DNA of 21,390 nucleotides from Folioceros fuciformis (Eukaryota), in NCBI GenBank assembly GCA_049999805.1, contig JBNGIO010006148.1, positions 167,553-188,942 on the forward strand. The letters are read 5' to 3'. Within the stretch, counting starts at the first letter, position 1; the number at the start of each line of letters is the position of its first letter. Under the pieces are notes generated by a model. That model worked only from the letters and a program-made list of their open reading frames with translations. It searched no databases and was not told the DNA's origin. Made by a program: the position numbers and the translations under genes. Of the stretch, positions 9,605-21,073 are shown one piece after another.

Positions 9605-9728
9605 GTCCCTTGCATGGCTTTTTGAGTATTCGCCACTCCACAAGCTCCTTAGGGGACGTCCCTTCCGCACCTTCCTTGCTAAGTGCCTTGAACATTGGGT
9701 TTTGTTGAAGCCTTACGTAGAGACAGAA

Positions 9729-9853
9729 GGCTTCCTTCTTCCTGATGTCCTTGCAATGCATGATGTCCCTGGCTTCCTCCTTCCTGATGTCCTTACAATG
9801 CATGATGTCCCTGGCTTCCTCCTTCCTGATGTCCTTGCAATGCATGATGTCCC
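9729..9853. repeat. Tandem repeat, 3 x 42 bp, nearly identical
   Basis: ggcttcctccttcctgatgtccttgcaatgcatgatgtccct at 9729, 9771 and 9813. Confidence 0.95.
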
Positions 9854-11241
9854 CGTGATGCATACTGTGGAAAGTGGGTTTTCGGCAAGTACCCACAATA
9901 GGTAGTGAGCGGCTAATAACGTCTTCGGTTTTGTTTGGTCTTGTTTTGGTAGGTTAGATGAGTGGCAATAATAAGGGGTAGTATCGTAAAGAAGTTACCT
10001 TCTTTGGGATGGCTACCTACAGGGAAGTATATCCACATCAGGAGGACATCTATGTGGGAGCTAGTACCTAAATAAGAAATATAGCTGCGAAGGGCAAGCT
10101 ACCTTCAGAAAAAGAACACATGTGTAGGGTAACCTTGACCTACTATTGAAGGTAGGGGCAATGGAGGCTGAATGGGATATCTACAAGAGTAGATGCGAGG
10201 GTGGGGATTGGGTTGTTGACATGGATACCATGGATCTAGCTCAACAAAATCGCAACCTCCACCTACACCAACCTCTTCTTGCTCATCACAAGGAACTGGC
10301 AGTATTGGCAAGGCGAAGGTATCTTGGGCCACATGATGACGACCGTGAGGCCCTAGAGGCAGTACCTCTACCAATAGGCTTTAAAGAGGACAACAATATG
10401 GACTTAGAGAGCTCGCAATGGGAACTTGAGGAGCTGCCCTGGGCTAAGAAGAGCACACTACAAGGGGGACCTACTCTTGTAGGGAACCTAGCTACGAGAG
10501 AAGGGGTAGGGAACCTACCTACGAGGAGAGCAATAGGGACCCTACCTATGGGGGGACATTCTCACCCTACGTAGGGAAGGAACCTCAAGTTGAAGAATAA
10601 GTGGATTCCTTCCCTACTGAACCTGTAGGTGGTGGTGAAGGGATGTCCCAAGAGATCCACATAGAGGAAGGTACCGTGGAAGCTTGCGGATCCAAGAGAA
10701 GACGAATCGCAATAATGGAGGGGGGCCTAGTAGCTCAGCCTTTGGACTCTGCCTCCCTTCAAGAGCAGTCCTAGCCACTCCTTTTTGGAGAGGAGGTCAA
10801 CAAATCTTCTATGGCGGCGCAGACAATCCTAATCTTCAGCGGCACTACCCTAGCAACTATTGGTAGGTCTTAGCCTCTTGGTAGGTGTGCGTAGTTAAAG
10901 CTAGTGGCGGCTAGTGCTAGGTAGGAAGCCGTCTGCCATCTTATATAAGTAGCATGAAGGACTTGAGCACGAATCGTTTTTTGGATTGTAAGTTGTTTTG
11001 TGACAAATAGTGCACCAACTTTCGTAAGCCTGCGTTGACATCTTGGCGGAAGGGGGAGATGCGAGTGCCCTTTCTGTTGCTGATTGCAAAGGTTCTTGTG
11101 GTGTCTGGTTGGGAGCATTGAACGTAGGGAGATGAGCAGTTGGATCGTTGTGGAAGCTGTTGTAAGGAGACTTGTGAGCAAAGGGGTATTGGGTGTAGGT
11201 AGTTAGAAATTAGTAGAGGGAGACATTGGGGCCTTTCCAAT

Positions 11242-11450
11242 TGAAGGAATGATGTCTTCCTAGTGGCTGGACATGTTGTAGGTATCCGCTAAGGAAAGTT
11301 GAATGTTGTAGGTGAACGATAAACACAATTGGAAGGAGTGGACCAAGCTTGGAGGGGAGCGATTTTGGGGAAGCCTACAATGACTGTGGGATTGATGTGG
11401 CCACGGTACATATGAGCGGGTGTTTGGTAGGAGTACCATACCTGCTTGCC
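11242..11450. repeat. Dispersed repeat homologous to 1-215
   Basis: Same matches as listed for 1-215; same orientation. Confidence 0.8.
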
Positions 11451-11520
11451 CACACATGCATGTAAACCCTTGGTGAACCCTTGGCAATGCATGTAAACCC
11501 TTGGATTTTTCATGTGTGTA

Positions 11521-11670
11521 TCTAAGTCATACTTTAAAAAACATTAATGCGGAACCCTAAAAAAACGTTAATATGTGTCCCCATCGGTCCTCAAGCGGTA
11601 TGCATTGAGGAAAAAATTCTGGAGTACTCTACTCAGGTGGGCCTACTAACGTGGCGATATATAATACTAG
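11521..11670 (+). mobile_element. Candidate 150-bp non-autonomous Helitron
   Basis: A|TCTAAGTCATACTTTAAA start. gcc(t)ac-taac-gtggc hairpin at 11641-11655, an 11-nt AT-rich spacer, then CTAG|T. No TSD. Confidence 0.45.
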
Positions 11671-12950
11671 TATCTCTAATAGATTAGAAGGTATATTCTC
11701 GTATGAAGTACGTATTTGGAAAAAAAAGAAAGTATACAGCAATATCCGTATCGTATTCCATACAAATGACCTTTTGATCATAGTCTAAAATAAGTTGATC
11801 CTGTTGTTTTCTGCTATAGTGGTGAACTATCAATTATCATGAACAACAATAGACTTCAGAATTTTTTTCCGGAGGGTATTAAGTGTTGGCCTAAGGATGA
11901 CATCCCGTTGTGTCTCATATGTATTCTCATCTTGGAATATTGAGAATAATAATTGAAAGTGATTTCCAAAGCCTTAAACTGGAAAGTTTGATATAATGGA
12001 AAATGACATGCAAATTTGTTTAGTAGAAAAGGCATACATCCGGTCCTAACCCATGTGCCACAGAAGTTGACGTGTATGACTGCTGAAGCGGCCAAAATGT
12101 GCAGTAACCACGGAGTACAGTATGTGTGTGCTCAGATAACCTACGAGGTGCAACTGACGGCCCGGATATGTTTATGCTTTACAGGCATGCATCCAATCCT
12201 AGCCTCGCTTGCTAACTTCTGTTGTGCATTGCAAGTTCTGGACGTCGCGCGCACACACAAAGAAGTTTGCTTGCTGCCCTGTGAAGCGATAGACAAGGAC
12301 GGACCCACGAAAATGCCCATTTTCAATTCTGCTACGGAACAAGAAACTGTGCAGCAGCCCGCAGACTGCAGGAGCGATGCTCTTGCCCGAGCGAGCTTGC
12401 AGTGGGAATATCCACGGACATGAAATCTATGCAACATCCAGGAGCCCAAAAGGGAGCATACATGACGGGACGGCATTGATCGATCGTCATACAACAGCTT
12501 CAACAGTTATGTGTGCGTAGACAAGTGGGTTGTCCATCATCACACACTAATCACAGCATAGCATTGAAGTGAGCAAGCTGACAAGCCTGCCTTCAGTTCA
12601 AACTACCCCAAACAGAATCAGCTGTAAATACAAGTGTGTAACTTCACACTAAGCTTGAACCCGTCATTCGGGTGAGGGCCATGGCACTGGCCACCCTGCT
12701 CCCACAAAAACAAAGCATGTTGTGAAATGCATTCCAGTGCACAAGCTCACAACTGCGCAGCCGTCAGGTGTTGTGGTCAGATTCCAGGCGCGGACGTCGT
12801 CAGTCTGTCACAAGCACGAGTGCAACGTGGCCAGTGTTGATTTACAAGAGACGGACGGAACTAGCGTAGCTTCGAATTGAAACACACATGGCACATGTGC
12901 AGGGTAAGGAGCATGGGCCGTCGCGGGAGCGGGGCCAGGGCATACGGTAG

Positions 12951-14015
12951 CTAAGATACCTGGCTGTAGCCCTCATAGCTCAAGTTGCCAAGGTAGGCCT
13001 CGTAGTAGCGAAGGTAGGTCTCGTAGTAGCGAAGGTAGGCCTCGTAGTATCGAAGGTAGGCCTCGAAGTATCCAAGGTAGGCCTCGTAGTAGCCAATGTT
13101 GTCATGGTCGTGGCCAATGTTGTCATGGTCGTAGCCAATGTTGTCCTCGTCGTAGCCAATGTTGTCCTCGTCGTAGCCAATGTTGTCCTCGTCGTGGCCA
13201 ATGTTGTCCTCGTCGTAGCCAATGTTGTCCTCGTCGTAGCGAATGTTGTCCTCGTCGTGACCAATGTTGTCCTCGTCGTAGCCAATGTTGTCCTCGTCGA
13301 AGCCAGTGTTGTCCTCGTCGTAGCCAATGTTGTCCTCATCGTAGCCAAGGTAACCCTCCTCATAGGCAAGGTAACCCTCCTCGGAGCCAAGGTAGCCCTC
13401 CTGATAGCCAAGGTAGCTTACCTGGTAGCCAAGGTAGCCCTCCTCACAGCTTACCTGGTAGCCAAGGTAACCATGCTGATCGGCAATGTAGCCCTCCTGG
13501 TAGCGAATGTTGCCCTCCTGGTACTGGTAGCCAAGGTAGCCGTCCTCGTGGCCGACGTACCGCTCCTCAAAGCCAATGTAGCGCTCCTCAAAGCCCTCGT
13601 TGGACCCAAGGTAGCCTTGGTCGTACCCAAGGTAGCCCTCCTCGTGGCCAATGTAGGTCTCGTAGCTAAGGTAGCCCGAGTAGCTCGAGTAGCTGGACTG
13701 CCCCAGGGAATCATCACCCGGGTGAAGCTGTGGAAGATTAAGGAGATCGCCAACTGGAAGACCCGGTGGCAGCGAAGGTGAGGGCGATAGTAGAGACACC
13801 GGCATCACCATATTCGTCTCCACCGCAGGCTGTCCAGACAAGCTGTCCATTGCCTCCGGGGCGAGCCCAATTGTAAGCGAGTCTTCAAGTTGAACGCTCA
13901 GCCCTCCGGTGGGCAGCTCCAACTGAGATTGCTGGGAGTAAAGGATCCTTGCTCCACTGGGGATCAGCGCTTGCTGCGATGGTAGCCATTGGGATGGCCA
14001 GCCTGATCCTGCCAT
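12951..14015 (-). CDS. Hypothetical Tyr-rich acidic heptad-repeat protein (354-aa ORF; may splice on from CAG|GTATCT at 12959)
   Basis: Longest ORF in the window. About 110 non-repetitive N-terminal residues, the start of which resembles the 7166 ORF. Acceptor-like GTGTAG 6 nt before the ATG. Confidence 0.55.
   Translation of the reverse strand: MAGSGWPSQWLPSQQALIPSGARILYSQQSQLELPTGGLSVQLEDSLTIGLAPEAMDSLSGQPAVETNMVMPVSLLSPSPSLPPGLPVGDLLNLPQLHPGDDSLGQSSYSSYSGYLSYETYIGHEEGYLGYDQGYLGSNEGFEERYIGFEERYVGHEDGYLGYQYQEGNIRYQEGYIADQHGYLGYQVSCEEGYLGYQVSYLGYQEGYLGSEEGYLAYEEGYLGYDEDNIGYDEDNTGFDEDNIGYDEDNIGHDEDNIRYDEDNIGYDEDNIGHDEDNIGYDEDNIGYDEDNIGYDHDNIGHDHDNIGYYEAYLGYFEAYLRYYEAYLRYYETYLRYYEAYLGNLSYEGYSQVS
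12987..13670. repeat. 21-bp tandem array, ~32 units in three sub-types
   Basis: About 15 EEGYLG-type units, 12 (Y/H/F)DEDNIG-type units (13092-13343 = 12 x 21 bp) and 5 YYEAYL(G/R)-type units. Confidence 0.95.
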
Positions 14016-14434
14016 TGCACTCTACACGCACCTGCACCTCCATCGAACACAATGGATTACCCTGTCGTGAGTGAAAACCGAAAGCAAAGGCAGCACAACA
14101 ACAACTGCCAAATCGATGTACAGCAGGGCAACCGAGCAATGAGCCCATCCCGGGCAACAGCGGAAGAGAACGAAAACCGTGGCCATGCACGAAAAGCTTT
14201 CAAGCAAAGAGGGAGACAGCGCTCCCGGACGGATAGGGTTCCAGGGGACACCGCTCAGGATAGGGGTCATTACCTCACAAGTAGCTACGCAAACACTCCC
14301 CCGACGTCGCACAGACCACAAGCTATGGCTAGGGCCGGCTATGCAGAACACAAGCGCAGACGAATGGAAGAAGAATTGCAAAATTGTGAAAAGACGGGGT
14401 GTTCCTGGAGCCCGATCGAGAGTGTGAACATTCC

Positions 14435-16520
14435 TTACGCCACCCTGGCTCCACCCATGGATCCGTACCCAGGAGGCTTTTTTTGGTCAATGGACGGGAG
14501 GCAACACGCCAATTGCAAGTCAGCATTGCAACTGAAGAATCTGCACGATACCATCAACGCAGGGATCATGAGGAACCTGTCAGGAGGACCCAGGGACGCG
14601 GGAAGCCTTGTTGCCGGATTTATTTTCATCTTGAGGATGGTACCCAGGTGACCACTCAAGGCCCTTGAAGGCCATTCTCGTCCGGAGATCGGATCCCATC
14701 GAGCTACCTACCCAGAGGACCACGGGGGACGGATATAATCTTTTTTTTGAGGCTCAATTTCATGGGCCACAGCCGCCACTCGTCCGTTAACGGTCGATAG
14801 GGTCTGCCGGTGGGGCAATGCTGCATTTCAACGAGAATGTATGCATCACGATCAGGCTAGGGGGTGCAGGAGCGGAGCGTACCCAAGAACTTGTGTTTCG
14901 GATGGCAATCCACGCGCTTGGCTCAAGACCAGCACGGGCTCGGTGCCGAATTCGGACCCATCGGAGGCTTAGCTCCTGGTCGCTCAAGGTCTTGGAAGAC
15001 ACCGTATGGGAGATTTCTCATCCTGAATCTTTCACACAATAGAAAAGCGTGATGCCCTCTAGGCATGGACGGCCTCCGTGACACTTGTGGTTAACCCTTG
15101 TGAAGTAACCCTGGGTCCTCCAAGCTCCACGCTTTCGCTGATGAGCCAGCCTGAATCGACTGGCCATTGGATGCGCTGCATGCCTATGATGTACTGAATA
15201 ACGAGGCCCGTTTGCTAGTTTTCTTTGATTCATGTGCTGGAGCTTTGCAGACATCGCTGGCAACAAAAGAAATTTGACGGAGGCCATCGTCAACGTCGTG
15301 TCTGTTGAGGATCACCTCGCGACATGTTCAACCCTCTCCATCCGTGTAGCAGCTCGCTTGTGATGACCTTCAAAACTGACCTTCAACCCTAAACTGCCGA
15401 GATGACCGCGGTCGTTGTCTGGCCATCGCTCTCTCCTGCGCAGAGACCTGCACAGGCACACCAGTTAATCAAACAGCCAGTCAGCAAGGCAGGAAACACG
15501 CACAACTGTCCGCAGAAGGCCGTCTGCAAAGTCCTCCTACGGAAGAAGCATGGCGCTGGGTGAGGACATCACTCGCAAGTCAAGGCGCCAGGGCCAGCTG
15601 GAGGGTAACAAGGAGCTAGTGGGAGGAGAAGCTCGGTGCCGAATTCCAAGGGGACGAGAGGGAGATGGTGCCAGGGCTTGACGGATACGCTTTAATCGAG
15701 CCGATTCCCATGGTGGTGAGTGTCGACGTCCCCGGTGCCGACTTGGGGAATGTCAACGGGTAACGCGGATGAGATTCCAACACGGGCAGAGCCCAACCCG
15801 AAAGAACAATTGGCAATAAGTTGCTGGTTTTGTAACCTTGGTAGGGCCCTTTCAAAGGGCCTGCCAGCGTTTCCCTAGCTCGGTAGACAACACTCTTCGA
15901 ATTCGCCGCTCTTCTGCCTTCTGATTTCGATGAAATTCTTCTTCTTCGAGGCACACGATAGAGCCCTAAATTTGTTTCCATGGACCTGTACCCATGACTG
16001 ACTGAGCATTTCTCCTTGCCTTGGCAGGGCGCCGCTCTACTCATACGCAGATACACAGAGACAGATCTCGCGCAGTGACATACAAGAGGGAAGCGAGAGT
16101 GCCCAAGCAAACTGGGTCAACACTTGACCGACTATGGAGACTGAGACACGGTGTTTGAGTATGCCATCCTGATTCACCCAAAGGGTGCCTAACTGTCGAC
16201 TTCTTGTTTTTTACACTGAGTGGTTGTGAGCACCTCCCAATCGGGGATTAACCCATGGATGATCCCGGAGTCCTGACCTAGGGGATCAGCCTCCCTCTCT
16301 CTCTCTGCTTTCTGTTCCTAATAAGCAGCCCACAGGTCTGCACTGATCTTAATATGGCAGCCGGAGTGCCCATTGCTCCTGGAGTAACTGCCGATTGCAA
16401 TCCTGCTCCCCCGAGATTCCAGTGACCCAAACATTCTTCACAAAGTTCTCGTCAACCAACCTCGTTGAGCAGTGAAGTATATGATCGCCATGTCGTCATG
16501 AGGTCCCTGGCAGCGGATGG
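14435..16520 (-). pseudogene. Degenerate coding segments of the unidentified family (copy 2)
   Basis: 16350-16520 matches 6220-6410. 14890-15230 matches 16930-17240. 15390-15530 matches 18315-18465. 15625-15720 matches 18510-18605. Confidence 0.55.
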
Positions 16521-16872
16521 CTGTCACGAAAGACTAGCGAAACAGTGTCAGTCCAATGAAGTAAGCCGACAATGAAGGTATATGTCGAGGACATCAAATT
16601 TGTTCACAATTTTCACAATCCAATGAATGTTAACTGATCACACAACAAGGAGTCTTGTGCTGCTGAAGGCCAGTGAAGGGTTCACAGAGGATCACTTGTT
16701 CTTAACCTCTTCACAATTCACAGACAGGAAATGAAGAAAGTCCTGGAACTGGGCACAGGGTGAACCAGCAAAAGCAGCAGAAGAGGCTCAGTCTCAGGCA
16801 CAGCAAGCTAGCAACCAAGAGCAAGAGCAAGACTAGCGCGAGCAACAGCACCAAAAGCGAGAGCCAGGTTAC

Positions 16873-18640
16873 CACTCGCTTGAGCGAGTGAAAGCACCAT
16901 CGGCGGAATGTATCCCCTTAAGGACTCATGTTTCCTGATGGAAATCCAATCGCTTGGATCAAAACCCGCACGGGCCGGCCCCATTGGAGGCTTAATTAGC
17001 TCCAGGAAGCCCCAGGTCGTGATAGGGGAGATTTCTCATCTTCAAGCTTTCACATACAGGAAACCATGATGCCGTCCAGGAATGGACGGCCTCCGTGGCG
17101 CTTCTGATTCTCCCATCTCTAGTAACCCCGAGTTCCTCGAATCTCAACACTTTGCTGATGAAGCTGAATCGAATGCAGTGGCCATTCGTTGCCCATCTAT
17201 GATATACTAATCAAGAGGTCCGTGTGCTGGTTTCCTTTAGTCGAGAAACAATAGGAAATGCACGCGTGCACACTCAACATGCTGAAACATAACATGTGTT
17301 CTTTAAGCAATGTGGATGGAGAGTCTGTCACTGTTTGGTCGCTGCCTTCCAAGACAGGACTCTTGTTCAGATCCAACCCAGATAGTGGACCCTGCCATCC
17401 TCAAACTATGAGGTGTTGGGTCAAACACCTGTGTCATCGCTCTCGAGATCACCTTGCTGTACGACGATTACCTGACCACAAAGTGGAGAACATTTGGAGG
17501 CTCACAGTGGTTTCCAGGTGAAACTGGTCAACAGTGTGCAAAGGGTGGAAATATTTAAACCAGGTGGCGGTTGTGTCGTGAAAGGAGGAAACGACATGCC
17601 AAGCTTGAGGAGGCAACCGTGCAGCGCCAGTGAAGTGTTCAGAATGTTGCCGTTTCCATTATGAATTGAAACCTTGATCATGATGAATCGCAAACAGCTT
17701 GGGCCTTTGTAGGTAGGAGCCTTGAACCAGATCGTGAGCTCATGACATGAGTCAGAGCCTTGCGTCGTCCATTTGTCCTGTTCCTTGTAATTCTACTTCC
17801 TCACAGACAGCCAATGGCTATTGGAGCTCAGACTCCAGCCCTTGCCACATATCAAACAGCCTACGTCATCGGATTAGCCCTTCGGCTTGACGTTCTTCTA
17901 GCCGTTGCTGTTCAGGTAAGACGTTCCTGATGCTGTTTGTTGCAAGTTTCTGTTGCTGTTGTTGATATGGCTGCTGCAAATTCATGCCTTGTTATCCCTG
18001 TACAAACCTTACGTCAGCTGAGGCATGATCTGGTGGAACTGAGCTGGAACCTGCTTCATGGTGAGCATGAATCATGGACCGTTACCTGCTTCACCCAGCC
18101 GAATCAATTCGGTATCCCAAAGGTTTGATATTAATCTTTCGATCATCATCTCCACACAGGATGTCGGGATTCGAAACTTGACGGCTCTCACATCTTTGTT
18201 TGCAGCTCACGAGCTCATTCATCAATTTGGCCGTTTCTGTGCATGGAAGTTGCGTGCAGCGAAATCTCCGAAGAGTATGGTGACTACTCCCGGCCGGTGA
18301 AATGTTGGACTCATGATCACTGCCGAGATGCTCGATGTCCATCTCCCTCCCCTCGGCAAGGGGCTGCAAAGGAACACCAATTCATGAAACAGCCAGTCAG
18401 CAAGGATGTTCGAAATTTCAGGGAACAAATAAAACTGTGCACACAAAGGCCACAATCTGCAAACCATGGCGTTAGGGCTCTGACTGGAGCTCAGCTACAA
18501 GGAGCTCGTGGAAAAGGAAGCTCGGCCCCTGATGGGGACGGGAGGAAGATGGTGCCTACAAGCGATTTCATGTTCACGCATACCCAGCCCATTCCCTTGG
18601 TGCGGAAGTCTCCCGCCACTCCTCTCACTAGGCCCCATTG
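16873..18640 (-). pseudogene. Degenerate coding segments of the unidentified family (copy 3)
   Basis: HGGRPFLDGI vs HGGRPCLEGI, KLEDEKSP vs KIQDEKSP, ARAGFDPSDWISIR vs ARAGLEPSAWIAIR, and HLGS, all shared with copy 2. Confidence 0.55.
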
Positions 18641-18815
18641 TTAACTTGGGGTACGTAAATGTTTATTGTGTGATTTTGAGATTAAGTATTAAAAAAAAAA
18701 ACCCTTAAAAGAAAGGGAACAACCAATGAAGGAGACCCAAAGCAAGGAGACTAGCGCCTGCCATATGGACAGGCCTGCTTCACTTCCATTTTTTCAACAT
18801 ATTAAAATCCTTTGT

Positions 18816-19249
18816 TGAAGGATCGCTACAGGAGCCATATGATGAAAGAGGAGGGGAACCACGTGATGAAGGAGGAGAGCATAAAGCAAGGTCTCACATG
18901 CTCTATATCGCAAGGGAGTTCAAAAGGGTATTTAAACCCTCTAAAAGAACTCCCAAGGAAGCTTCACAAGAAATTCACAACAAGCTGTGCAAAAAGCTTC
19001 CTAAAGATTAGCTTAAGCTAATCTAAACAAATGATACTTAATTAGACACTAATCTTATACTAAACACATTAGTCTAAGCACATTAGGCTTTAATAACCCT
19101 ACAACCTCTCACTTAAAGGCCAATTTACCTTCATGGAAGAGTGGCCTACCTCAGGCCCATGAGTGTCCCATGAGGCTTGTGTGAATTGCTCCGTAGAGAG
19201 CCCCTTGGTAAGAATATCTACAAGGTGCTAACTAGTGTGAACTTTGACA
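18816..19249 (-). mobile_element. 5'-truncated copy of the same Copia family: 3' LTR (18816-19103), PPT and RNase H tail
   Basis: tgaaggatcgcta...taataaccctaca followed by sequence colinear with 2985-3128. More diverged than the other copies. Confidence 0.92.
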
Positions 19250-19250
19250 G

Positions 19251-21073
19251 TTGGCAGTTGGCACATGGGCGGCCGTGGTTGGTATGTGTTCTAGTAAACA
19301 AAGTGCAAGGAGGCTAAACGCATGGGGAAAGGACCCTAATCCACCAAATGCTAGCTGGACAAAAGCTGAAGCTGAAAACAACGCTCAGGTATGGACGTCG
19401 GTGGAGGACCGTGTTCATGTACAGGCACAGGTAGGCACTTCTCAAGCATCTGCATCGGGCTCGGCAAAAGAGGGGCCAGGCCTTCAGCTGGGCCCCCTAA
19501 CAGATTTTCTTACGGAAGCGAGGTATTTTCAATAGGAAGAAGACAATCTCACTGCCAAATCTATTGTGGGGCGGATGTTGTTCGGTGGCCCCCCTTCCGT
19601 CAAAGAGCTGGAGAGCTGGGTGACTCAGGTCTCGGGATGCCCGCCAACATATGTGTTCCTGAAAGCCGATGGTTCCTTTCAAATCAAGTGTGATGAGGTA
19701 GTGGGAGCGCAAGTAATCTTAAACACAACGCTGCCTCTTCAAGATTCTAGTCCGGTGCTGGTGGAAGCCTGGTCCCTAGGGAGCACCATTATGCGGCCGA
19801 AAATCAAGAGGCAAGTTCTCTGGGTGGGGCTCCCTGCTCTTCCTGTGCAGCTCATTCCAATGATACGCAAGATCCTAGGGACCATAGGCTGAGTGGTGGA
19901 GGTTCCCAAGGTGGATTCCCATTTTTTTGATAGCAGCAAGCCCCCGCATTTTGGCGTGAGGGTGGACAGCCTCCTGAACCTGCCTGAAGGTGTCATTGTT
20001 CGAGATCCGAAGGACCCTACTAGGTGTTTTACGCAACTCTTCGACTACCCGGATTTGCCTGTCAGGTGCAGCGTTTGTGGCTTGAAGAGCCACCTTAAGC
20101 AGACTTGCCCTCTCCGTTCAAGAGCTGGGAATGGAGGGGATAAATCGGAGAAGGCCCCCTCGGGTCCTTTGCTAGGCTTTCAAGGTGTTCTCAAGAAACC
20201 TTGGAGGTCCAACCCCAGCATGCAACAATGGGCAAGTAGAATTGAGAAATGTTTCTTCTTGGGTAGTGTGGATGCAGTCAACACACACATCAAGGTGTGT
20301 GTCCTTATGAGGAAGAAGGTGGGTAAGGTTTTCTACTACTGGGTGCCGACGGTGGGAGATTTCAGAGCCTTACCTACGCGTTCCCTCCAGGTTGGGGCCG
20401 CGACGGGGCACTAGTTTTCCGTTTTTTGGGATAGTGTTAAGCTGAGGTCTCGGGGTATGCTTCACGCAGGGCTGGGGTATGGAGAACAAGTCGTGAGAAA
20501 GGATCTTCAAGGGGCTCGACACAGTATGGTGTGCCACCGACTGGAAGACTCCTCTTCTATCTTGTTTGCGGTCACACTGATTGAGTTGGGTGTTGAGTGT
20601 CCAGTCTGGGACAATTGTGTGTCATAGTGGATGGGGGAACCATAGGTGCTGGACTACATTAGGGATGCAAAGTTTGGCAAAGGCAAAGTCACACTGGCTT
20701 CTAGGGTGGTCTTCAAGGCTTATTTGGGATTCTTGGGCTTACCCACAGCCCCGATCTCGATTAATTTACCTGGCACTTGGGAGCTTAGATGGGAAGAAGA
20801 CATGTTCGCAGAGGATTCTGTGCCCATGGAGGTGGACCTTGTTAATGACGAGCACTCTCGAAAAGCAGGGATGGCTCCAGCAAACAACCTCTGCGACCCT
20901 CATAAAGAGAAACAAGGTACAACCGGGGGTCCAGAGTGCCATGTTGCAACCAAGGGCCCAGAAAAGCCGTTGTGTGGGTCTCAACTTGCATGCCCCGAAA
21001 GTGCATCGGCCAGGAAAGACTTAAGGGCAGTGTTTGATGCCACCAAGCCTCTCAGAGTATTAAAGGTAGTATC
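19251..21073 (+). pseudogene. L1-like LINE ORF1 (DUF4283-like region plus CCHC zinc knuckle)
   Basis: One frame of ~607 codons with 5 stops. Contains IVGRMLFGGPPSVKELESWV, LWVGLPALP...ILGTIG and FTQLFDYPDLPVRCSVCGLKSHLKQTCP (CX2CX4HX4C). Confidence 0.82.

Noticed and set aside
10146..10574. 142-aa ORF with G(N/T)L(A/P) 27-bp repeats
   Set aside because: No identifiable domain. Probably a decayed element interior.
10901..11089. WCTICHKTTYNPKNDSC as a gag zinc knuckle
   Set aside because: The His is missing, the last Cys is mis-spaced, and no other gag or protease motif is nearby.
12016..12503. Overlapping 135-aa and 120-aa ORFs
   Set aside because: No motif or paralog support, and the strand cannot be decided.
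12980..13781. Alternative-frame ORFs (TTRTTLA and VVANVVL repeats)
   Set aside because: By-products of a stop-free 21-bp array. Only the 14015 frame has a start context and a paralog.
14052..14651. 199-aa plus-strand ORF divergent from the repeat protein
   Set aside because: No recognisable motif, and it overlaps pyrimidine-rich intron-like sequence on the minus strand. Not excluded, but unsupported.
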